From NCBI GenBank assembly GCA_934177725.1, contig CAKPPO010000008.1, positions 1,189 to 65,188 of the forward strand: a stretch of 64,000 nucleotides of DNA, read 5' to 3'. Under the pieces are notes generated by a model that saw nothing but the letters and a program-made list of their open reading frames with translations, did not search any database and was not told the DNA's origin. The position numbers and the translations under genes are program-made. Source of the DNA: an uncultured Clostridia bacterium (lineage in GTDB: Bacteria; Bacillota; Clostridia; TANB77; CAG-508). Shown here piece by piece: positions 20,225 through 29,014 of the stretch (position 1 is its first letter; every line of letters begins with the position of its first letter).

Positions 20225-20250
20225 AAAAAATCCGCCATAGCGGATTTTTT
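20225..20250. terminator. palindromic terminator, variant copy 4 of 6 (core ATCCGCCATAGCGGAT at 20230..20245)
   Basis: A-tract, hairpin and T-tract downstream of rdgB. Confidence 0.75.
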
Positions 20251-20277
20251 CTGTTTTTCATTTTTTATAGCCTTTAT

Positions 20278-20865
20278 TTAGCGTTCTACTTCTTGTTCAA
20301 GCAGTTTATGTTTCATACATTCTAATGCTATTTTTCTTGCACTTATCTTATTTTTTTCTTCTTGTGTTAATTCTGCTAAAGTTTTTCCATTTTCTAATTC
20401 AAATATTTCATCAAAGCCAAATCCGTTTTCTCCTCTTGGTGTTTCTGTTACATATCCTTGTATATTTCCTTCTTCGCAGATTGTTACTTTCCCATCTGAT
20501 AAAGCAATGGCTGTAACAAATTTTATTTGTCTTTTTTCTTTTGGTATACCTTTCATTTTTTCTATTATTGCTAGATTTCTTTCTCTATCTGTTCCTTTAT
20601 GCCATCTTTTTGTAAATACCCCTGGAAAACCATTTAAACATTCTATCTGTATTCCTGAATCATCAGCAATACACATCTTTCCATTAAGCTCTTTTGCTAT
20701 TTCTTTTGCTTTTTTTATCGCATTTTCTCTAAATGTTTCTTGGTCTTCTTCAATATCGACCTCTATTCCAAGTTCCTCCATTGAAACTATTTTATATCCT
20801 TTTAATATTTCTTGAGTTTCCTTTATTTTTCCCTTATTACCTGAAGCAATTACTATTTCTTTCAT
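20278..20865 (-). CDS. rdgB: XTP/dITP diphosphatase (RdgB/HAM1)
   Basis: MKEIVIASGNKGKIKE.. and ..GFGFDEIF.. motifs. Start taken at the internal ATG. Confidence 0.85.
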   Translation of the reverse strand: MKEIVIASGNKGKIKETQEILKGYKIVSMEELGIEVDIEEDQETFRENAIKKAKEIAKELNGKMCIADDSGIQIECLNGFPGVFTKRWHKGTDRERNLAIIEKMKGIPKEKRQIKFVTAIALSDGKVTICEEGNIQGYVTETPRGENGFGFDEIFELENGKTLAELTQEEKNKISARKIALECMKHKLLEQEVER

Positions 20866-20881
20866 TTTTATAATCCTTTCT

Positions 20882-21640
20882 TTATACCCAGTTACTTGTA
20901 AAATCTTCATTAAATTTATACCTATTTGATGGTCTATATGCAGATTCTTTTACAACTTTTTCTGTTTTCTTTACCATTGGTTCTATTTTTTTCCTAAAGT
21001 TTGCTGGTACTAATTTTTTATCTAATATTATTTCATAAACTTGTTGTAACTCAGAAATTGCAAACTCTTCATCTAAAAAACTAAATGCTATATTTGTATT
21101 TTCAATTCTGTTTCTTAATCTTTTTATTCCTGTATGTATTATAATTGCGTTTAATTCGCTAATATCAGATTTTCCTACCAATTTATTAATATATTCTATA
21201 CTTTCTCTTTGCCTTTTTGCAATTGTTTCTATTTCATATTGTATTTTTCTGTTTTCATTGTTTAATGTAATTTTTTGCACCCTTGTTTCCTTTTCGTTTT
21301 CAATATATATATCATAAAACTTCAAATTAACAGGCATATCTTTAATATTTTTCTTATTTATTATTACTAAATATGTAATTATTATTTCTGACTCTTTTGT
21401 GTAATAATTCGGATCACCCCAAGTATATAATTGTTCTATATAAAATCTTGATGTTCCAAATAGATTTTCAATTTGTTTTTCTGCTAATTTTTTTATATAT
21501 TCTTTATTATTTATTTTAAATATAGGAAAATTATAATTTTCATCTAATACTATTTGTAATTTTTTATCTTTTAATCTTCTCACATCTTTTCGTTCTTCGT
21601 TATCTGTACTAAATATTATTAGGTTACCTTTAATATTCAT
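20882..21640 (-). CDS. NrtR-like protein: degenerate Nudix fold plus C-terminal winged-helix domain
   Basis: EQLYTWGDPNY..IITYLVII (Nudix-related core without a catalytic Nudix box), and a C-terminal FAISELQQVYEIILDKKLVPANFRKKI that matches the NrtR WH signature. Confidence 0.45.
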   Translation of the reverse strand: MNIKGNLIIFSTDNEERKDVRRLKDKKLQIVLDENYNFPIFKINNKEYIKKLAEKQIENLFGTSRFYIEQLYTWGDPNYYTKESEIIITYLVIINKKNIKDMPVNLKFYDIYIENEKETRVQKITLNNENRKIQYEIETIAKRQRESIEYINKLVGKSDISELNAIIIHTGIKRLRNRIENTNIAFSFLDEEFAISELQQVYEIILDKKLVPANFRKKIEPMVKKTEKVVKESAYRPSNRYKFNEDFTSNWV

Positions 21641-21709
21641 TTTTAGTCTTTTCCTCCTTTAAATTATCCACCAAGTTATAATCCAAATTTTAACAATTTC
21701 ATCTTATTT

Positions 21710-22711
21710 CTATTTAGTATATTTTATACATTCTTGTTGTTTTCTGCAATCCTTGTATGATATAAATTCTCCATTATGCTCGATTTTTATTGATGGCTTT
21801 GGAGTTCTATCAATCTTTAAGTTTTCTATGTCTTTTGGATGGCAACCAACACTACTTCTATCTTTTAAATAATCAATTTGTGACATTACACAATAATCAC
21901 ATCCAATATTACATGGCTTATTTTCTGACCAAGAAAACCACCCTGATGTAAATTCATAATTATGATTATCAATTGTAGTAATCTTATTTAATCTCGAAAT
22001 TAGTTTTTTAGTATATGGTATAGACTCGGTGATAACTCTAACTAAATTCAAATCGCCTGCAGATGCTTGAGAAAGTACAATCTTATTATCAAGTACTTCA
22101 TATTCGTACCCAAGTTTATCTAAAATTTCTAGATTTCTTGGAGTATTTTTCTCAAAACCATGTACTTTACAAATTGTATCAAATTTATCTGCTACAGCAC
22201 AAGATGTTTTATTAAAAAATTTTACTCCATTTGCTTTGCAACACTCTATAAAATATTGTTTTGTTTCATCTTCTAGTTGTTTAATCAGTTTATTATTATG
22301 CAATCCACCCATTATAATTCTATTTCCATGGGTTGCTGCGACCTTAACAATATTTTCAATATTTTCTTTGCTATCATTTCTTCCTTTTATTAATGGTCTA
22401 AGTAAAATGGTTACATCTCCAAAAATTGAATATAATCTATCTATTGCATTAACTCTTTCCTCAAATGTATACTTTCCTTCATTTAGTCCGGTTAGTGAAT
22501 ATGATAAAAATAAATTTTTCTTCTGCTTTTCTGTTAAATTTTCTAGTAACGAAAATGCATATTCACTTGGAACAGCTTTTGTACAAACATGAAAAATATT
22601 TGAAAATCCTTCTAAAGATTTTATTTTTAATACAGTGTTTTCTATTTGATTGTCTATTAATGGATCTCCATTATTATTGATGTTTACAGGTATTTTTTCA
22701 AACCACTTCAT
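21710..22711 (-). CDS. radical-SAM-like protein with CX3CX2C motif near the C-terminus (possible circular permutation)
   Basis: The N-terminal two thirds look like the distal part of a radical-SAM/SplB-type barrel (..LSYSLTGLNEG..RVNAIDRL..ILLRPLIKGRNDS..VKVAATHG..). GWFSWSENKPCNIGCDYC appears only around residue 270. AAGGAG RBS before the ATG at 22711. Confidence 0.4.
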   Translation of the reverse strand: MKWFEKIPVNINNNGDPLIDNQIENTVLKIKSLEGFSNIFHVCTKAVPSEYAFSLLENLTEKQKKNLFLSYSLTGLNEGKYTFEERVNAIDRLYSIFGDVTILLRPLIKGRNDSKENIENIVKVAATHGNRIIMGGLHNNKLIKQLEDETKQYFIECCKANGVKFFNKTSCAVADKFDTICKVHGFEKNTPRNLEILDKLGYEYEVLDNKIVLSQASAGDLNLVRVITESIPYTKKLISRLNKITTIDNHNYEFTSGWFSWSENKPCNIGCDYCVMSQIDYLKDRSSVGCHPKDIENLKIDRTPKPSIKIEHNGEFISYKDCRKQQECIKYTK

Positions 22712-22933
22712 ATATACCATCTCCTTTTACTTATTATATTTTTTATATTAAGTAGCTACAGTTGCATTATATTCATTTGTGTATCTTTTGTCAATACTTT
22801 TTATAAAAAATATAATAAGTGCTCTGAAATATCTTTATACTTTTTGTGTAATTTACTAAATACTAATTTCTAAAAAATTTTTTATTACATACAAAAAAAC
22901 AAGATATTTTTGTATCCTGTTTTTTTACATTTT

Positions 22934-23995
22934 CTATTCTTCTTCACCTTTTAATTTTTCTGCTCTATCTGCTGCAATTAAGTTATCTATCATTTCATCT
23001 AAGTTACCATTTAGGAAATCTTCAAATTGGTATACGTTCATTCCTATTCTGTGGTCTGTTATACGGCCTTGTGGATAGTTATATGTACGTATTTTCTCAC
23101 TTCTGTCTCCACTACCTACTTGGCTTTTTCTTTCATTTGCTATTTGACTATCTCTTTTTTGTTTTTCTATTTCATATAGTCTAGAACGAAGTAATCTCAT
23201 TGCATATTCTCTATTTTGTACTTGTGAACGTTCTGTTTGGCATTCTGCAACTACTCCTGTTGGAACGTGAATTAATCTTACTGCTGATGATGTTTTGTTT
23301 ACGTGTTGTCCTCCAGCACCAGATGCTCTATAAACTTCCATTTTTATATCTGCTGGGTTTATATCTATTTCTACATCTGCTACTTCAGGAAGTACTGCTA
23401 CTGTTGCAGTTGATGTATGAATTCTACCACTACTTTCTGTATCTGGTACACGTTGTACACGATGTACTCCACTCTCGAATTTTAGTCTACTATATGCTCC
23501 TTTTCCTGTAATCATAAAAGATATTTCTTTATATCCTCCAAGACCTGTTTCGTTTTCATTTACCACTTCTAGTTTCCAGTGTTTTTTCTCTGCATACATA
23601 GAATACATTCTAAATAGCGTTCCTGCAAATAGTGCTGCTTCTTCTCCTCCAGCACCTCCACGTATTTCGCATATAACGTTTTTATCATCGTCTGGATCTT
23701 TTGGAATTAAAAGTATTTTTAATTCTTCTTCTATTTTTGGCATAGCTTCTTTATTTGCAAGCATTTCTTCTTCAGCCAAATCTTTCATTTCTGGGTCATT
23801 CATCATTTCTTTTGCTTCTTCGTATGCTTGTTTTGCTTTTTTATATTCTCTGTATTTTTGTACTATTGGTTCTAATTCTGCGTGTTCTTTCATATATTCA
23901 CGCCATTCGTTTGTTCTTGAAATTACTTCTGGATCACTTATTTTTTGTGTTAATTCTTCATAACGTTTTTCTACAGTCTCTAATTTATCAAACAT
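22934..23995 (-). CDS. prfA: peptide chain release factor 1
   Basis: GGQHVNKT motif and typical RF1 sequence over the full length. Confidence 0.95.
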   Translation of the reverse strand: MFDKLETVEKRYEELTQKISDPEVISRTNEWREYMKEHAELEPIVQKYREYKKAKQAYEEAKEMMNDPEMKDLAEEEMLANKEAMPKIEEELKILLIPKDPDDDKNVICEIRGGAGGEEAALFAGTLFRMYSMYAEKKHWKLEVVNENETGLGGYKEISFMITGKGAYSRLKFESGVHRVQRVPDTESSGRIHTSTATVAVLPEVADVEIDINPADIKMEVYRASGAGGQHVNKTSSAVRLIHVPTGVVAECQTERSQVQNREYAMRLLRSRLYEIEKQKRDSQIANERKSQVGSGDRSEKIRTYNYPQGRITDHRIGMNVYQFEDFLNGNLDEMIDNLIAADRAEKLKGEEE

Positions 23996-24102
23996 AAATA
24001 TTCTCCTTTTTAAATTATATATTCTTTGGTATTATACTACATTTTTATATTTTATTCAATAGAAAAACCGCTCTTTAATTTAAAAAGCGGTTTCTCTTAT
24101 TA

Positions 24103-24468
24103 TTATTTTAATGCTTTTTTTATATCCGTCTGATATTGTTTAATAAGTGAATAAAACAATGGATGAGCTATTTCTTCAGCTTTTTCTACGTCCTCATCAA
24201 GTTTTTGGAAATACCTACCAATTAAAATGTAAAGATCACTCTCGTCTAATTTTTCAATTTCTGTATCTAATACCTTCTTTTCTTCAATTTCCAATGTTGT
24301 AATGTCAGCCAATAAGTCATCAATCCAAATCCAGAATATAGTATTTTCTCTACTCTCTCCTAGTAGTTTCCTCGCATGTTGTCTACCATCACTATACATA
24401 CTCACTTTTGCAGCTAATTCTTCCCGTAGTGCAGATACCTTTTCAACCTGCTCCTCTGTAAATTTCAT
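24103..24468 (-). CDS. hypothetical acidic helical protein
   Basis: 121-aa ORF with RBS GGAGGA and a downstream hairpin (AAACCGCT..AGCGGTTT). No family recognised. Confidence 0.45.
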   Translation of the reverse strand: MKFTEEQVEKVSALREELAAKVSMYSDGRQHARKLLGESRENTIFWIWIDDLLADITTLEIEEKKVLDTEIEKLDESDLYILIGRYFQKLDEDVEKAEEIAHPLFYSLIKQYQTDIKKALK

Positions 24469-24560
24469 ATTTTTTATCCTCCTTCTAATTTAGAATACAA
24501 GATTTTTATAGTTATTATATTTGATATTGTACTATCTCTTTTCATAATTGTCAACAAATA

Positions 24561-24610
24561 AAAAAACAGGTTATAATATGATAATATTTTTATTATAACC
24601 TGTTTTTTTT
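24561..24610 (-). terminator. intrinsic terminator downstream of the yhaN-like gene
   Basis: AAAAAACAGGTTATAAT...ATTATAACCTGTTTTTTTT long hairpin. Confidence 0.7.
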
Positions 24611-24618
24611 AGATTTTA

Positions 24619-26565
24619 TTATAAATTCACTAAATTATATTTAATGTTTTCTTTGTCTAGTATATCTACTTCTCTGTTAGTACATGTAAATATAATTATT
24701 TGATTATTTTCATATTCTTTGCTTATATATGTAAGAATATTTTTTAGTCTTTCTTCATCATAATATGCAAATGCTTCGTCTAAAATTATTGGCATGCTTT
24801 CTTCTGAAAGTTCTTTTATTGCTCCAAATCTTAATGATAAATATAACTGCTCTATTGTTCCTATACTTAACTTTTCGGCTGAAATGTATTCTCCATTTTG
24901 CTTTTCTACTATTATTCCTTCCTCATCATTTATTTTTACTTTTTTGTATTTACCATTAGATATTTTTTCTATGTTTTTAGATAAGTTCTCTGTAAATTTT
25001 GGAGTAACATTTTCTTTCATTTTTGTATATGCTATTTCTAAAACTTCTTTTGCAAGTTCTATTGCAGAATTTTGCTTATTAAGCATTGTTTCTTTTTCAT
25101 TTAGTTCTTGTAGTTGCTCTTCCATACTTGCCAATCTTTCAAGTTTTGGCATTATATTATTTTTATCTAGTTCTAGTGAATGTAGTTCTAATTTATTTTT
25201 ATTTAGTTCTTCTTGCATTTTTTCTATATTATATGAAATATTATTATTAAATTCTGCATTTTCTAATTGGTATATTTCTCTTAATCTATTTAGTCTTTCT
25301 TCTATATTAGAATTAATTTCTTGTTCTTGTTTTTCAATTTCTGCAATTTTTTCTTCTTTAGATCTATTTAGCATTTCTATTTGTGCTTGCATTTTGTCCA
25401 TTTCGTTTTTAGCTAATTGTATTCTTTCTCTTATTTTTATTTGTTGTTCGCTTTCTTCCTTTTTAGGTTCATTATCTTTATTTTTATTTACTAAAGACTC
25501 TATTAATATAGTAAAGCTTGCTGCTCCTATTACAAAAGCAATTACTGATATTAATACATTTTTAATGAATATAATACCTATAGTAATTGATATTACAAAT
25601 AGAATCGCAGTTCCTATCTTTTTAAATTTTGATGCTTTCTTATTTTCTTCTGCTTGATTCTCTGCTTTTTCATTTATAATATTTGTTATTTCTTTATACT
25701 TTGTTTCTATTCCATTTTTTTCTTCTTTTATATTTTCTATTTTTTCTTCATATGATTTTATTAAATTCTGATTTAATTCTAATTTTTGTTCTTCAAGCTT
25801 TTTATCTTCATATATTTTATTTATTTGTTTTAGTACTTCTAATTTTCTTTCGTTTTCTTGTATTTTTGCCTCTAAATTGTTTTTATTTTCTTCTATTGTA
25901 TATCTTTCTTCTTTATATTCTTCTAGTTCTCCAATTTCGTCTTGAAGATTAAATTGCTCTTCTTTCACAATGTTCATTGGTCTCCCTGTTGTTCTTAATG
26001 TTCCTATTTCCTCTATTTGCCTTTTATTTAATTTTTCTAATGCCTTTTTGTATGAAACATTATCTTCTCCTGTCCCTGCCAAGTTTGCCAACTTTTGGAC
26101 TAATATATTTTGCTCTTGCTTTTCTAATTTTACTTCTGTTTGACAAGATACAAATGTAGATAAGAATGTTTCTTCTTCTATTTTTGTTTGCTCTACAAAA
26201 AATTTACTTCCATTTGTTTTGTCTATTGTAAATTCTTTTGAAATGTCTTCTCCTGTTTCATTATATATTTTAGGATTTTTTTTGTTAAAATCTCTAAATA
26301 CTTCATATTTTTTTCCGTCATCTAATGTATATGTTATTTTTCCAGAAAATTCTTCGCTATTCCATGGTTTGTATCTATCATAATCCGAAAATTCTTTTCT
26401 TCTTTTATTTTTGGATATCCCATAAAACATATCCACAATAAATTTAAGAAATGTGGATTTTCCACTTTCGTTATTGCCTTTTATTATATTTATATTTTCA
26501 CTTAGATCTATTTGTTTGCTTTCTAAATTTCCAAAAGCATTTATCTGAGCATTTTCTATTTTCAA
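24619..26565 (-). CDS. YhaN-like AAA/SMC-type ATPase with central membrane hairpin
   Basis: Walker A GNNESGKST, long coiled coils interrupted by two TM helices (IGTAILFVISITIGIIF..VIAFVIGAASFTILI), and a C-terminal signature/Walker B region (PIILDEAF). Confidence 0.7.
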   Translation of the reverse strand: MKIENAQINAFGNLESKQIDLSENINIIKGNNESGKSTFLKFIVDMFYGISKNKRRKEFSDYDRYKPWNSEEFSGKITYTLDDGKKYEVFRDFNKKNPKIYNETGEDISKEFTIDKTNGSKFFVEQTKIEEETFLSTFVSCQTEVKLEKQEQNILVQKLANLAGTGEDNVSYKKALEKLNKRQIEEIGTLRTTGRPMNIVKEEQFNLQDEIGELEEYKEERYTIEENKNNLEAKIQENERKLEVLKQINKIYEDKKLEEQKLELNQNLIKSYEEKIENIKEEKNGIETKYKEITNIINEKAENQAEENKKASKFKKIGTAILFVISITIGIIFIKNVLISVIAFVIGAASFTILIESLVNKNKDNEPKKEESEQQIKIRERIQLAKNEMDKMQAQIEMLNRSKEEKIAEIEKQEQEINSNIEERLNRLREIYQLENAEFNNNISYNIEKMQEELNKNKLELHSLELDKNNIMPKLERLASMEEQLQELNEKETMLNKQNSAIELAKEVLEIAYTKMKENVTPKFTENLSKNIEKISNGKYKKVKINDEEGIIVEKQNGEYISAEKLSIGTIEQLYLSLRFGAIKELSEESMPIILDEAFAYYDEERLKNILTYISKEYENNQIIIFTCTNREVDILDKENIKYNLVNL

Positions 26566-26580
26566 AATATCACCTCTTAT

Positions 26581-27651
26581 TTATGATAAAGAGTTCATTC
26601 CTATTTCTATAGCTTTTTCTATAGTTTCTTTATCTATATTTTCATCTTTTAATTTTTCTAACATTTCTTTAGCAAATATTCCTTTTAATGTGCTGTCATT
26701 TGCTATTTCTTCTAGATTATAGTTAATCTTCGTTTTATCTTTAATTTTTATAATATTTTCAGTTTCTACTAACTTATATAGTTTATAAACATTTATTTCA
26801 AAATTTCTATTTCCTACTAATATAATTTTGTATAAATTTCTCTGCTCTAATTCTAATTCATTTATTTTTTCTGCTAATTCTTCTATTGTTTGAATCTCAC
26901 TAATATCTAGCTCTTGTTCCTTAAATTCTTTTTCGTCTAATGTAATAAATTCTAAATTTAATTTTCCTTTTTCTAAATTTCCTACTACCATTCCGTGTTT
27001 TCCTAATTCGTCAAAACCTAGGGAAATAGTAGAACCTGGATATACTATATTTGTTTTTTCTTCCACATTCTTTTTATGAATATGTCCTATTGCAACATAA
27101 TCAAAGCCAATCTCTTGTAATTTTTTTGAAGATAAATTGTTATATTCCTTTTCTAATTTATCACTTCCATCTAAATTACAGTGTGTTAATAATATATTTA
27201 TTTTCTCTTTGTTTTCCAATTTGATATTTTCTATGTTTGAGTTATTACAATAGAAATCTTCAAATCCATATCCATATAAAATGAAGTCTTCGTTTTCCAC
27301 TTTTTCTACATTTGCTGTGAATATTTTTACATTTTCATTCCAATTATATTTTGCATAATATGAGTTCTTTAAGTATGGATCGTGATTACCTGGAGCAATA
27401 TAAATTTTAGTATTTGGTATCTGTTTAAAGCTATCATTTATAAAACTTATTGTACTCTCTCTTATGTATTCGTTGTCGTATAAATCCCCTGCTATAAATA
27501 AGTAAGGAATTTTACTTTCTTTTATATATTCTATCATTTTTTTGAATGCTTTTCTTTGATCTAGTCTTCTTGTCTCGCCTAAATCTCTTCTATCACTAAG
27601 CATTTTAAATGGCGTATCAAAGTGCATATCTGCTATATGTACAAATTTCAT
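26581..27651 (-). CDS. YhaO-like SbcD/Mre11-family metallophosphoesterase
   Basis: MKFVHIADMHFD, GDLYD, GNHD and GHIH motifs. GGAGG RBS before the internal ATG. Confidence 0.75.
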   Translation of the reverse strand: MKFVHIADMHFDTPFKMLSDRRDLGETRRLDQRKAFKKMIEYIKESKIPYLFIAGDLYDNEYIRESTISFINDSFKQIPNTKIYIAPGNHDPYLKNSYYAKYNWNENVKIFTANVEKVENEDFILYGYGFEDFYCNNSNIENIKLENKEKINILLTHCNLDGSDKLEKEYNNLSSKKLQEIGFDYVAIGHIHKKNVEEKTNIVYPGSTISLGFDELGKHGMVVGNLEKGKLNLEFITLDEKEFKEQELDISEIQTIEELAEKINELELEQRNLYKIILVGNRNFEINVYKLYKLVETENIIKIKDKTKINYNLEEIANDSTLKGIFAKEMLEKLKDENIDKETIEKAIEIGMNSLS

Positions 27652-27809
27652 ATGATTATCCTCCATAATTTCTTTGCTCATTATATCTATTAATAGTAAA
27701 AAAGTCAATACATTTTTGAACGTTTGTTTTGTTGTTTCTAATGTTTAAATGCTATTATTTTAATGTTTTAAACTTGTTCAAGCAATAATCTGGTCTTTTA
27801 GCAGTTATC

Positions 27810-27835
27810 AAAAAATCCGCTATAGCGGATTTTTT
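27810..27835. terminator. palindromic terminator, copy 5 of 6 (core 27815..27830)
   Basis: AAAAAATCCGCTATAGCGGATTTTTT, 6 nt after the stop of the Rpn-like gene. Confidence 0.8.
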
Positions 27836-27840
27836 GATAA

Positions 27841-28704
27841 TTATACGTTTTTCTTTAATTCTAAAATTTGTTTTTCTTGTAACCCTGTTGTTTTTATTAT
27901 ATCTTGTATTGGAATATTTAGTTCAAGCATCTTTTTAGCTACTTGTTCTATTCCTTCTTTTATTCCTTCTTTTATCCCTTCTTCTTTAGCATGTCTTAAT
28001 CCATTTTTTTCATCTCTTATTGCTTTTTCTCTTAATTCTGCTACTCTTCTTAATTCCTTGTCTTTACTTATTTTTTCTAATTCATTCATAGCTTCTTTTA
28101 TTTCTTTATTATCTTCCATTATTTTTGATACCTCGCTTTCGTTAGGGTCATTTATAAACATTACCCATTGTGCTAGTTCATTTTTTGGCTCTTCTTTTAG
28201 CATTCTTCTTGCTTTTGGTATCTCTATTATATATAATTCAAATACATCTGTCAATTCTATTTGCTTGCCTGTTGATACTTCTCTTATTTTCCATTTGGTA
28301 CTTAACTTTTGTACTTCTTTAGTCTTTTCTAACTCATAATCTATTATTATTATGCCTATTACTTTATTCAGTTTTCCATAATCATCACCTTTTACTAATT
28401 GACCTGCATATATTCTACTCCAGTAAAACAAAAATCTTTCTGCTGTATCTTTGTTATCTGCTAGTTGAATTTCTATATCACATATTGTTCCATTATCTAA
28501 TGTTGCTTTTAAATCTACTATCCCTAATTTCTCTTCTGGGTACTTTCCTACAAGATGCTTATCATTATCTAAATTTACTTTTTGTATTTTTTCTTTTGTT
28601 GCAGCTTGAATCATAGCTTTTGTTATTTTTTCATTACCTTCTCTAAATAAGGCATGAAATACTACATCTATTTTTGGCTTTAATAGAGTTAATTTTTCTC
28701 CCAT
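27841..28704 (-). CDS. Rpn-family recombination-promoting nuclease / PD-(D/E)XK putative transposase
   Basis: N-terminal LLKPKIDVVFHALF.. and GIVDLKATLDNGTICDIEIQ (D..E.Q nuclease core), with a repetitive EGIKEGIKEGIE C-terminal tail typical of this family. Confidence 0.7.
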   Translation of the reverse strand: MGEKLTLLKPKIDVVFHALFREGNEKITKAMIQAATKEKIQKVNLDNDKHLVGKYPEEKLGIVDLKATLDNGTICDIEIQLADNKDTAERFLFYWSRIYAGQLVKGDDYGKLNKVIGIIIIDYELEKTKEVQKLSTKWKIREVSTGKQIELTDVFELYIIEIPKARRMLKEEPKNELAQWVMFINDPNESEVSKIMEDNKEIKEAMNELEKISKDKELRRVAELREKAIRDEKNGLRHAKEEGIKEGIKEGIEQVAKKMLELNIPIQDIIKTTGLQEKQILELKKNV

Positions 28705-28978
28705 ATTTTGCTTCCTTTCAAATTATATTTTAAATTTCATAAAATATAGAATTACCTCCTTGTCTTTAGATTTTATTTAACATATTGATTTTTTATAGAT
28801 TTAAATTTTTTTGAATAAAGTTTTTTGTTAAATAATTGTTTTTGATTTTATGTAACTTAATAAATTTATTAAATCATATTTTTATGTAAATCACAAGAAT
28901 TTTTCATCGTAAAATTTCGACAAAATATGATACTAATACAAAGTAAATATATTTCTTTACAAATGATGTTTAAAGAGC

Positions 28979-29004
28979 AAAAAATCCGCTATAGCGGATT
29001 TTTT
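28979..29004. terminator. palindromic terminator, copy 6 of 6 (core 28984..28999)
   Basis: AAAAAATCCGCTATAGCGGATTTTTT downstream of the coupling-protein gene. Confidence 0.8.
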
Positions 29005-29014
29005 ATTCTTTATT

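Noticed and set aside
22934-23995. A programmed frameshift in the release-factor gene.
   Set aside because: This is prfA (RF1) and it is read in one continuous frame. The known autoregulatory +1 frameshift belongs to prfB, which is not in this window.
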